This document shows positions 45,715-54,454 of a stretch of 64,000 nucleotides of DNA, in pieces (within the stretch, counting starts at the first letter, position 1; each line of letters opens with the position of its first letter). The stretch lies in UHGV virus genome UHGV-0179428; one strand, written 5' to 3'. The notes beneath the pieces are model-generated. The model worked only from the letters and a program-made list of their open reading frames with translations, did no database searches and had not been told where the DNA came from. This DNA comes from a virus. Made by a program: the position numbers and the translations under genes.

Positions 45715-46269
45715 TTAAGCAGGGTAAGCTAAGAACAACAGCTGCTGGCCGATTTTACGTACGGTATACCAACCGTGGGCTTTAGCGACCGCGATCAACG
45801 TTTCCCAGTCGTCAACATCGCACTGTTCATTCCGAAGTCTCGTAAAGAGTGCTTCGGCTTCGCTTTGGTTTAATAACTTACCTGGGTTGTCTGGGGTACA
45901 GTCAGTAGGGGTTGGAAAGAAAGCATACTGACGCGCTAAGAGAAAATCGACCAGATACTTGGTGTTCTCTTTATAAACCAGCGTGGAAGTCTTCCCTTCG
46001 TGGAAGAAGCTGCCTGTTTTCCAAACGCTATCTTTCAGTAGGCTTTGAAAGTAATCTGTAAAACCCGTTCTAAACGGGATATGGGCTTTACGTGTGATGT
46101 TGCGACGCAGTGGGGTTTCCTCCACAGCTTGTACACTTACCCCTACTATCATCGCACCTGGCTGAATAATGGTATTGGTCAGTACGGTATAAGGACGGAC
46201 AAAGAAATGTTCGCCTACGCCCTTTTCAAGGGTTTGGATAATTTCATTTTTCAGTTCAGTTTGAAACAT
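45715..46269 (-). CDS. Member 2 of the tandem paralog family (184 aa)
   Basis: C-terminus EALFTRLRNEQCDVDDWETLIAVAKAHGWYTVRKIGQQLLFLAYPA. Confidence 0.55.
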   Translation of the reverse strand: MFQTELKNEIIQTLEKGVGEHFFVRPYTVLTNTIIQPGAMIVGVSVQAVEETPLRRNITRKAHIPFRTGFTDYFQSLLKDSVWKTGSFFHEGKTSTLVYKENTKYLVDFLLARQYAFFPTPTDCTPDNPGKLLNQSEAEALFTRLRNEQCDVDDWETLIAVAKAHGWYTVRKIGQQLLFLAYPA

Positions 46270-46298
46270 GGTATATTCTCCTTTTTCGGTTTTCTTAA

Positions 46299-47036
46299 TT
46301 ACGCGGTTTTAATTAACAGCAGATAGTCCTTCGTAATCTCAGCACAACCCCACCCTCTCATCGCGGCGATTTTACGAAGATCAATTTTCTCGTGATATTT
46401 CAATAAGGGATCATCTGAGTTAATCTCAACCAGGTGGGTGGCTTTAGAAATCGTTTCTACATCAGGGATCTGTTTTGCTAAGTCTGATGCAATTAACTCG
46501 ATGATACGGTATCCCTCTAACACAGAAACATAAATGCGTAAACCATATAGCGTGCCCTCGTCTTCTAATGGACAAAGATCGATGCCGGGTCCAAGCAGTG
46601 ATAACTCGACGTTATCGGGAAGGTTTTCCGCATTTCGGAGTAACCCTATCCCATTTCTAAACAGAGGGAAGTAAGAGAATAGTGGTGGTAAAGCCCAACC
46701 GTTCCCAATAAGCACATCGGCGATACTAGTAGGTGTGTTCGCAAGGAGACGAATGTGGTCAGCCACAACTTCAAGTTCGGCGTCACTGATCAACTTATAG
46801 ATTAACATGACACTGGTTTCGGTATTAATAACAAAGAAGACGCGGTTGGCGTAACTGCCTATCACGTATTCGTCAATCATACAGTCGATAACGTCACTGT
46901 CTGGATAATCTTCAGGTTTAATTGTTCCAGCATCGATTAACTTAGCAGGTTGCGATTGTTTTATTAGTTCGTTAACCACCGTAGAAGAAAGTTCTAAACT
47001 GGTGTTGGTAAAGATATCGTCTAGTAATTCTCTCAT
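46299..47036 (-). CDS. Member 1 of the tandem paralog family (245 aa), divergent C-terminal module
   Basis: C-terminus DLRKIAAMRGWGCAEITKDYLLLIKTA retains G-W and LLL-x-x-A; first gene of the leftward block. Confidence 0.5.
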   Translation of the reverse strand: MRELLDDIFTNTSLELSSTVVNELIKQSQPAKLIDAGTIKPEDYPDSDVIDCMIDEYVIGSYANRVFFVINTETSVMLIYKLISDAELEVVADHIRLLANTPTSIADVLIGNGWALPPLFSYFPLFRNGIGLLRNAENLPDNVELSLLGPGIDLCPLEDEGTLYGLRIYVSVLEGYRIIELIASDLAKQIPDVETISKATHLVEINSDDPLLKYHEKIDLRKIAAMRGWGCAEITKDYLLLIKTA

Positions 47037-47357
47037 GATTTACTCGCTAATCCCAAAGAAGGGAAGGCTATTATTATGGATTGTAAAGGAGGTATAAGGA
47101 AGTCACTACGTTCCTCTGGGAAGAGTATGTCGGTATACTCCGTATACCTCCGCTATTTATATCCGTATACATAATGCCCCCTACCCCCTACCGGTATCCC
47201 GAGTAGCAGAATAAAGGGTCATAATGTAATTTTTTAGTAACCTTTAACGAAAGGTACTAAAAGGGTAACGTGTCCGTAGGGACTGAAGTACCAGTTCAGT
47301 CCCTATTCACTTAAGTAAAATATATCTGAAATCAATTCCGATCTAAGGAACGTCCCG
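47037..47357. promoter_or_regulatory. 320-bp divergent intergenic control region with inverted repeats, direct repeats and a strong hairpin
   Basis: Separates the leftward block (start 47036) from the rightward tail-fibre module (start 47358). Contains GGAGGTATA / TATACCTCC inverted repeat (47088-47096 and 47152-47160), TCCGTATAC direct repeats, an 11-bp perfect stem TAGGGACTGAA / TTCAGTCCCTA (47277-47305) and the conserved 25-nt motif (47308-47332). Confidence 0.5.
47308..47332. promoter_or_regulatory. Conserved 25-nt motif CACTTAAGTAAAATATATCTGAAAT (copy 2 of 2)
   Basis: 23/25 identical to 43021..43045; ends 25 nt upstream of the ATG at 47358. Confidence 0.4.
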
Positions 47358-48323
47358 ATGGAGAAATCCAGTGTTGATTTTTTCTCAATTGGTATCGTCG
47401 CGGAAGACAAACCCCGTGGTACAGATCGGGTAAAAGTGATACCAATTGAAACCAACTTTGCTAACCCTACCGTGGTGCAATCTGTTTCTTCAGCAACTGA
47501 AAAGACGCATGAAACATCCGGTGCAACAGATAACCTAACCATTAAGACGGGAAACACGATAACAGCAAAGTGGTGGAAGTTTAACTCCAACCGAATTAAT
47601 TCCCCTGACGTTAAACGAGAAGACTACGTTATCTTGTTACGTTTGGGGAAAACCGATATTTATTTTTGGATTGATCTGAACTTCGCTAACGTTAAGCGAT
47701 TAGAAGATGCGGTTTATGCGTGGTCGGCTGACCCTGAAAACCAAATGGCGGATGACTTGTCCAATGCGTATGTGTTGAACGTTTCGACGATTGACAAACA
47801 TATCACGCTAAGAACGAGTATGGTGAATGGCGAGAAAGCGGCGTGGTTGTTTCAGTTTGATAATGCAAACGGTACGTGGCAGTGCGTTGACCATAAAGGA
47901 AACAAGTATTACATTAACTCGGTTGAAGATGATCTCGGGTTTGAGAATGCGATGCTTTCAAAAGTGAACATCAACAAAGAAGATGCGTTCATTTATTCAA
48001 AGCGTTCTATTAACCTGGAAACGAAAACGATTAATGAAAAATGCGAAGTCCGCAATACGGAAGCAGCGAGTTCCGTTACGTTTAAAACACAAACCTGGTT
48101 AACAGAAGCGGGCAGTTCGACAACGTTTAAAACGCCGAACTTTAAACAGGAAGGGAAGGAAGCGATGTTCACCGGTAATTTGGAAGTCGCTAAGAACTTC
48201 AAATACGGTGGTACGGGTGAGGGTGTGGGTGTCTTTACGGTTAAAGATGCCATTATTTCCGGTATTACCTTTAGCGTTCACATTCACCAAGGTAAACATG
48301 GCCCGACATCACCTCCGCAATAA
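47358..48323 (+). CDS. Hypothetical protein (321 aa) at the head of the tail-fibre module
   Basis: ORF with AAGGAA RBS; Thr/Asn/Lys-rich, beta-rich composition. Confidence 0.55.
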   Translation: MEKSSVDFFSIGIVAEDKPRGTDRVKVIPIETNFANPTVVQSVSSATEKTHETSGATDNLTIKTGNTITAKWWKFNSNRINSPDVKREDYVILLRLGKTDIYFWIDLNFANVKRLEDAVYAWSADPENQMADDLSNAYVLNVSTIDKHITLRTSMVNGEKAAWLFQFDNANGTWQCVDHKGNKYYINSVEDDLGFENAMLSKVNINKEDAFIYSKRSINLETKTINEKCEVRNTEAASSVTFKTQTWLTEAGSSTTFKTPNFKQEGKEAMFTGNLEVAKNFKYGGTGEGVGVFTVKDAIISGITFSVHIHQGKHGPTSPPQ

Positions 48324-48511
48324 TTCCCCTTTTTCTTACGTTGTGTTTATATATTGTGACCTGACGTTGGTAAAGCTTTTTTATCAACACTTTTCTTAAA
48401 CCCATCGTTTAGTTAAGCAGGCCACTTTTTCGCGCACTCTACTCCTCCCTACGGGGAGGAGCTATCTTATGCTTCGGTTGTAACACACGTCGGTCTTAGA
48501 CCACCTTCCTT

Positions 48512-48739
48512 TTGAAATGGAGAGCTGTTATGTCTATTAAAGAGTTCTCTTCTGCTGAGCATATTCCAGAAGAGTTTAAGAAAATCGGTAACGTTAGCGC
48601 CTTCGGCGACACCGTTGATCATGTAACGGGTAAGCTGGCTGCTGAAGCTGAAAAAATTGGCGGCGACGCATTCAAAGTTATCGGTATTTCCGGCAACAAC
48701 AAACTGCACGGTAACGCAATTGTCTACAAAAAAGACTAA
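48512..48739 (+). CDS. Small protein (75 aa) bracketed by an upstream hairpin and a strong downstream terminator
   Basis: ORF with GGAGAG RBS; preceded by a 188-bp leader containing CTCCTCCC / GGGAGGAG stem (48440-48460). Confidence 0.5.
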   Translation: MKWRAVMSIKEFSSAEHIPEEFKKIGNVSAFGDTVDHVTGKLAAEAEKIGGDAFKVIGISGNNKLHGNAIVYKKD

Positions 48740-48741
48740 GC

Positions 48742-48800
48742 GAAAAAAAAAACGTGCTACTCCTACCCTCTAAGAGGGTAGGAGGTTACTTTATTTTTTT
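48742..48800. terminator. Bidirectional Rho-independent terminator (CTCCTACCCT / AGGGTAGGAG stem)
   Basis: A10 run, 10-bp stem, T-run; between the + gene ending at 48739 and the - gene ending at 48791. Confidence 0.65.
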
Positions 48801-50053
48801 CGTGCTCTAAAGCGATGCATTTCTAAATACACTTTTTCCCAGGGACCGAATGGACCGACGATTGCTTGCGCGTCGTTAATCTTCTTCTGATTATACCACC
48901 GGGCTTCACGAAAGACGTAGTTTTGACTGTCGAATTCGGTGGTGTTAAATACCCACTCACCCTCCTCCCATGTAGGCCAATAGCCCACCGTCTTTCCGAA
49001 ACGATTATTTAAGTACCCTAATGGTTTTTCAGAATCAGGATCGCTAGGGTCCTTGAGATAACAACGTCCCCAAACTGCGTTATGCGATACACCCACAACC
49101 TCTTCTTCTAAATACGGATTATCTACCGTAAAGATAAACGAAGACTCGTGGAGTAAAAGCGCCTTTAATGTTTCGGGGTTGCGAATACGTTGGACATTAG
49201 TAGGTGTTGATAAATCCCCTACACCGATGGCGTCCCAGTCGTAATAGCGGCGGGTTTCCAGAACGGTCCGCGCAAGATCAAAATTCGGTAAAGAAATCAT
49301 GATCGCACGGTCGGAGAAATAACCGCCCGGAGGCAACCAACGTAACAGTCCACCGATGACGAAACCCACCGTTTTTCCCGTGATAGATTCTGGCAGCGAA
49401 ATCATTAGCGTGGAGTAATAGTCACGTGTAGTGTCGAGCTTGTTTAGGGTAAGGTTGGCAATGGGGTAAGTTTTAACATTCCCTAACTGACCAAAAACCA
49501 TACAGCCGATATCTGGCGTACAGGCTCTTCGTACGATTTTACCGGCTCCAGGTAATCGCACACCTACGGTATCTGTCTGATGCGGTACCCATTGACCGTT
49601 AATGTTGTACAGTACACTATTACGGTATTTGTCCTTCCACTTGTCCTCACAAACGATGACAACGTCATCAGCATCGTCTAAGCTGAAATCTTGACTGTGG
49701 TGGTACCCAGGCGGACACAGATATGTTTCAACGGGTACGTCGGCATTAATCGATTGGTAATGTGCCCAACTGAATTCGAGTTTCGGCAATCCGGCCCTTA
49801 GAGTGGGGATGACGTTTCCGGCTTTTTCATTTAACCAATCTTGTAAAGTGTCTGTTCGGTTTTGTAGTTCGGCAAGATGGTATTGGCTGACTAACGTATA
49901 GTCTTTACCAAGTGCACTTAAACCGATCTCAAAGGTGTGGTAGTCTGAACACAACGTATTTAAGGGTTGCGTGACATCGATGGCTCCCCAGGTACGGGAC
50001 TCTCGAGAGAAGCCAAAAGCGCTGTCGGGCCGCACTTGATAAGCAGTAGTCAC
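48791..50053 (-). CDS. Hypothetical protein (420 aa), opposite strand within the tail-fibre module
   Basis: Long ORF. Confidence 0.55.
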   Translation of the reverse strand: MTTAYQVRPDSAFGFSRESRTWGAIDVTQPLNTLCSDYHTFEIGLSALGKDYTLVSQYHLAELQNRTDTLQDWLNEKAGNVIPTLRAGLPKLEFSWAHYQSINADVPVETYLCPPGYHHSQDFSLDDADDVVIVCEDKWKDKYRNSVLYNINGQWVPHQTDTVGVRLPGAGKIVRRACTPDIGCMVFGQLGNVKTYPIANLTLNKLDTTRDYYSTLMISLPESITGKTVGFVIGGLLRWLPPGGYFSDRAIMISLPNFDLARTVLETRRYYDWDAIGVGDLSTPTNVQRIRNPETLKALLLHESSFIFTVDNPYLEEEVVGVSHNAVWGRCYLKDPSDPDSEKPLGYLNNRFGKTVGYWPTWEEGEWVFNTTEFDSQNYVFREARWYNQKKINDAQAIVGPFGPWEKVYLEMHRFRARKK

Positions 50054-50121
50054 AGCTCTTTTCCTCTATAGATTCAAGTCATAGTATGAACTTCGACGCC
50101 CACGGACTATAGGAGTAGAGA

Positions 50122-53100
50122 ATGGCTGTCGTCCTAGACCCACACTTCAAAAAACCGGGGAATAAAATAACCGGTGAAGCGGTCGCCGTCATTGGTACGA
50201 AATACCGAATGTTGGTACCTGCCCACGCCCCTTTTTTCACCACATCCCTGGTGGTCAAGAGCGGCGGCAAAACACTGACCTTAGGCGACGATTACATTAT
50301 TACACACCCGTACGAGACCGGTATGTTGCGCACAGCCTATCTCATTCACGGGATGATTTGGATTGTTAATGACAAATACAAATCGAATTTTACGGTAGAT
50401 TACCACGCCGTTGGTTGTGGTCAGGCTACCCAACAACAGATTACCGCAGAACGCGAACTCAATAAAGATAAATACCCGACTACGTGTCAGTGGGACACCG
50501 TCATCGGGGACGTTTACTTTCCGCCGGTCGATATCCAGTTCGATTGGGAGAATTGGAAAGGCGAACTGGAGTTAATGCAGGCTATTGCTGGATTAGGCGA
50601 TTCGTTAGGGGAAGTCGTGAGTCGACTTAACCCCATCGCACGCAATACCCTGGATTTAGAATACCGTGCTAACAGCAAGGTTATCACTTCCGAGCAGTAT
50701 GCCGTATACGACAATAAAGGTGGTTTCACCTACAACACTACCCGTCATCGTTATAGCTTGAGTTATAAAACTGCAACCTTTAACGACTACGTCCTGTCCG
50801 TGAAACACAGAATTCCTGCTATTCTGCCAGACATGACGAAATTGAATCCAAACGAACAGATCGATTGGATGCTCTGTTATGCTAACGGCGGTGCAAGCAT
50901 TCTACGGTTGCAGCTAAAACAGCGCAAAATCTCACTGGTCTTAACGGTCGCTATTGGCAGCGGTTCAACAAACTACGATTATACGTTAATCAACGGTTTA
51001 ACTGACGATGAGTTAAAAAACGATATCGATTTTAGTGTAACCCGTCAACCCGGAAACGGTGTTTACGTCATCGTAGTAAAAACAAATAAACAGACCATGG
51101 ATTACACATTCAACGTCGATACGCCGCCTGATGAGTTCTCGGCAGGGTATTCGAAAACGGATGTTGCTAAATGGTTGAAGTTTAAAACGAACATTAATCT
51201 AAACTGGTATGCGGCCGAAAACGATTATATTCAAATTCGTTCTTTACCCGGCGCACCAGAACCTGACGTCGATAATGATGTTTACCAGTTAATAGTCAAA
51301 TACCATCAGTTAGTTGAGCAGCTGTATCGTAACGCGCCTGCACACGAACACGTTACACGTAAGGACAACCCGCACACCGATACGTGGGGACCGATCCGTG
51401 CGTTAGAGCTGAATGGTATTGCGTCGGATGCCGCGTTAGCTTACGGGAAAACGAAACAGCAGTTAACGGATTACGTTAATGCTAAGTACCCAACACAAGC
51501 AACGTTAACCGCACAGAAAAAACTGCTTCGTGAATCGGCGAGCAAGAACGTTAACGGCACGATTACCACACTTCCGGGTTTTACTTCGTTCACGACGGAA
51601 GTTGATCCGGTTTCGATGTCGAAATACGTGAGTCCTTATTTTAGCGAAAGCTATGTTAGTAGTGGTCACAGATATCACGGCGCGCTTCGTTACACAGGAA
51701 CGAAAAGCGGTTTCAGTGCTAACTTTAATGCGGTGCCTGCCAACCTGCAAGATATTGACTTTATTGTTACTGGACGTAAAACAGCGTCTGGTAATGAAGC
51801 GGTCGGTAGGGTTGGTTTACGTTTCTACCAAAATCCTGGTAGTAACTCCGGTAAGTACGTAGAGATTACCGGTGAAATCTGGTCCGGTACTCTTACTATC
51901 GAACTGGCGTTGCACGGTTACGGTAGTCCGGTACCGGCAGTTCGGTATATTTCACAAGCTCCTAACCCGGCAATACCGGATGGGGATTTTACGCTACGTT
52001 TTCAACTGAAGCGTACAGGGAATGTGTTTGACGTCGTTATTACCGTAAACAGTAAAACGTATAGCGGTCGGATTAACTTCAATAACATGGACGCTGCGTT
52101 AGAAGCATTAGAGAATCAGCACCACTTTAAATCGCTGATTAATAATGTTGCCGACGCCGTTACCATTAGTTCGCAAAACAAAGGTAACACAGTTACCATT
52201 AAGAAAGCACCGGATGTTGTTGACGAGACACGTTTAGGCGCTCAGTTTGTCGTTGATCCGAAATCCATTAAGTTCATCGGTCAAGGTTCTACTGATGTTA
52301 ACGTGGGTAACAACCCCGTAACGTTCCAAGCAGGTACTAACCAGCTTGTGCTATACCCCGATGACCGAGGATTGTTGTGGCGTGGTAAAAAACTCTTAGA
52401 CCCCACCACCGTAGCCCCGTATCTGCCAGGCAATACCGCAGGTGGTACAGGTTTATTCTACGCAAACTCGACAACAACGGTTACGATCACCGGTAGCGGG
52501 ATAAAAGCCTCGCCGTTCGTAGCGACCTTTATTCTTCCTACCGCGACCGATACAACAGCTCTGGCGGCTTGGCAGTTGACCGATGAGTTTGGTACCGCTG
52601 AAAACCTTGCAGCAACGCCAGCACTGATTGAAAAACTCGATGCGGAGTTCACCGGTAAGTTAGTTGCAGTTAAATCGTACATTAACGACATGCAACTTAC
52701 CAGCTCGGTTACTATCGATAAGATTACCTTTGGTTTAGGTAATGTTGCGAATACGCCTGATGTTGATTTACCGATTTCTACAGCACAACGTGCGGAGTTA
52801 GATAAATACTCGCCTAAAGTTCACCAACACCCGTTTACCGCTTTTGGTACAGGGAACGCAACCACAGCGAAACGTGGTCTGATTAAATTTGGTCTGGATG
52901 TGGATGATGCGACTTTAGCACTCGATGGGAGTGTGGTAATGGCGCAGACTTCCCAGATTGAAAAATTGGAGCGCGCTGTCAGCGGTGTTGACTCGGAGGC
53001 ACGTCTTGACATTATACGTTTTGGTGAGTCTGGTAACGACTTAATAGACCTTACGGTCAAAGACAAAATTCTGGTCACGCTTCCAGCTTCAACGTATTTT

Positions 53101-54444
53101 ATCGGTGGTGAAACATACGACGTTCCGTTGATGACGATTAACGTCAGTGAACGTTTTCCGAAATTGAATACAGAAATCTACGCAGGGATTTTTGTTGATA
53201 TTGTTGACAACAAAGCGAAGTATATTGTCCATGACAGCTACAGTCAGGCTGAAACGGATACCATGACGCGTGTAGGGTTGATTGGTGTTAACGACATTTC
53301 TGAGGTGTTCGTTACGGAGATGCGTAATGTCACACGGTTGGGTGATTTCCGTGAACTGAAAGATCATAAAGCCGATGACAACGCACACATTCAGCGCTCC
53401 GCGTCACGTGCAGCGCTTGGGTTAGCTAACTTAACCGTAGGCGCGCCTTGCTGGGCTTCTGGACTCCAGGCAGTAGTACGCGGTGAAGCAGATTGGCGTT
53501 ATGTTGCCGGTGGGCAGTATAAAGCTTTAGACGGGGTGAAATACGACCAACTCGCATCAAAGTGGATTTTTGACGCGAAAGGGGTAAGCGATAACCTACA
53601 CGGGTTTATCCACAACATGTTCCCAGCTTTTAAGAACGCAGGAATGCGGGTAAGTTGGGAAACAGAAAGCAACGCAAAAACCGGCACGGTGTTAGAAACT
53701 GTTTTAGGTTGTTGGAAAAACACCGACGGCGAGTTTATGCGGTTGTCGTTACTTATCACTCGTGGTTATCGTTTAACTGACAGCAATGGTGAATATTGTT
53801 ACGCAGGGTTCGGTTTGAACTTCGGTAGCGGGAAATCGGTAGTGGTAGGTTTCACACCAACGAAGCGTGTTACGCCTGCACCGTGGAATACGTTACAACC
53901 TGACGTAACGTTTACCCACACCCGTGCTGCAAACAACGCAATAACGTTTAACGCAACACTGACCTTAGCGGGCACTACGTATACCATCGTGGTGTTTTTA
54001 TCTGCGACAGATAAATACGTAAGCTGCACGGCAGCAGGGGGAGCTACGCAGAAAATCCCTCTAACTGACCGTTTAACAGGGTTCAATATCGCACCTATCG
54101 TTAACGATCCGTATACCCCTATTTACTACGGTTTAGGGGGACTTTATGAGGATGAGGTTCGTGCCAACATCCGTTCTACGGCAGACAGCGCAACCTCGAA
54201 TAAAGTCTATGGTACGTTGTTAGACTATATTAGCAACTATTCCTCATTAAATCGTGTGCGCGTTATGGAATTGACCGGTGTCAGTTCAGACCCCGAAACG
54301 CTTAATGCGTTAGTGGCAACTGAATTTAATAACAACCTGGCGGATTACGCTGCGTTACCGATACCTCCTTATCTTAACAAGGAGCGCGTAATGTCGTTTA
54401 TCGACACCAACAATAAAGTGCAGGCGGTAATCATTCGCGATTAA
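50122..54444 (+). CDS. Long tail fibre protein (1440 aa) with phage tail-fibre repeat motif
   Basis: AGGAG RBS; internal FGLGNVANTPDVDLPISTAQRAELDKYSPKVHQH resembles the conserved phage tail-fibre repeat (G-x-x-N-V-x-N-T-x-D-x-D-x-P-x-S) followed by a His cluster; Thr/Gly/Asn-rich. Confidence 0.7.
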   Translation: MAVVLDPHFKKPGNKITGEAVAVIGTKYRMLVPAHAPFFTTSLVVKSGGKTLTLGDDYIITHPYETGMLRTAYLIHGMIWIVNDKYKSNFTVDYHAVGCGQATQQQITAERELNKDKYPTTCQWDTVIGDVYFPPVDIQFDWENWKGELELMQAIAGLGDSLGEVVSRLNPIARNTLDLEYRANSKVITSEQYAVYDNKGGFTYNTTRHRYSLSYKTATFNDYVLSVKHRIPAILPDMTKLNPNEQIDWMLCYANGGASILRLQLKQRKISLVLTVAIGSGSTNYDYTLINGLTDDELKNDIDFSVTRQPGNGVYVIVVKTNKQTMDYTFNVDTPPDEFSAGYSKTDVAKWLKFKTNINLNWYAAENDYIQIRSLPGAPEPDVDNDVYQLIVKYHQLVEQLYRNAPAHEHVTRKDNPHTDTWGPIRALELNGIASDAALAYGKTKQQLTDYVNAKYPTQATLTAQKKLLRESASKNVNGTITTLPGFTSFTTEVDPVSMSKYVSPYFSESYVSSGHRYHGALRYTGTKSGFSANFNAVPANLQDIDFIVTGRKTASGNEAVGRVGLRFYQNPGSNSGKYVEITGEIWSGTLTIELALHGYGSPVPAVRYISQAPNPAIPDGDFTLRFQLKRTGNVFDVVITVNSKTYSGRINFNNMDAALEALENQHHFKSLINNVADAVTISSQNKGNTVTIKKAPDVVDETRLGAQFVVDPKSIKFIGQGSTDVNVGNNPVTFQAGTNQLVLYPDDRGLLWRGKKLLDPTTVAPYLPGNTAGGTGLFYANSTTTVTITGSGIKASPFVATFILPTATDTTALAAWQLTDEFGTAENLAATPALIEKLDAEFTGKLVAVKSYINDMQLTSSVTIDKITFGLGNVANTPDVDLPISTAQRAELDKYSPKVHQHPFTAFGTGNATTAKRGLIKFGLDVDDATLALDGSVVMAQTSQIEKLERAVSGVDSEARLDIIRFGESGNDLIDLTVKDKILVTLPASTYFIGGETYDVPLMTINVSERFPKLNTEIYAGIFVDIVDNKAKYIVHDSYSQAETDTMTRVGLIGVNDISEVFVTEMRNVTRLGDFRELKDHKADDNAHIQRSASRAALGLANLTVGAPCWASGLQAVVRGEADWRYVAGGQYKALDGVKYDQLASKWIFDAKGVSDNLHGFIHNMFPAFKNAGMRVSWETESNAKTGTVLETVLGCWKNTDGEFMRLSLLITRGYRLTDSNGEYCYAGFGLNFGSGKSVVVGFTPTKRVTPAPWNTLQPDVTFTHTRAANNAITFNATLTLAGTTYTIVVFLSATDKYVSCTAAGGATQKIPLTDRLTGFNIAPIVNDPYTPIYYGLGGLYEDEVRANIRSTADSATSNKVYGTLLDYISNYSSLNRVRVMELTGVSSDPETLNALVATEFNNNLADYAALPIPPYLNKERVMSFIDTNNKVQAVIIRD

Positions 54445-54454
54445 GGAGAATTTT

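Noticed and set aside
47076-47174. 32-aa ORF inside the 47.0-47.4 kb control region
   Set aside because: No convincing RBS, and the reading frame is generated by the repeat structure itself; more likely regulatory DNA.
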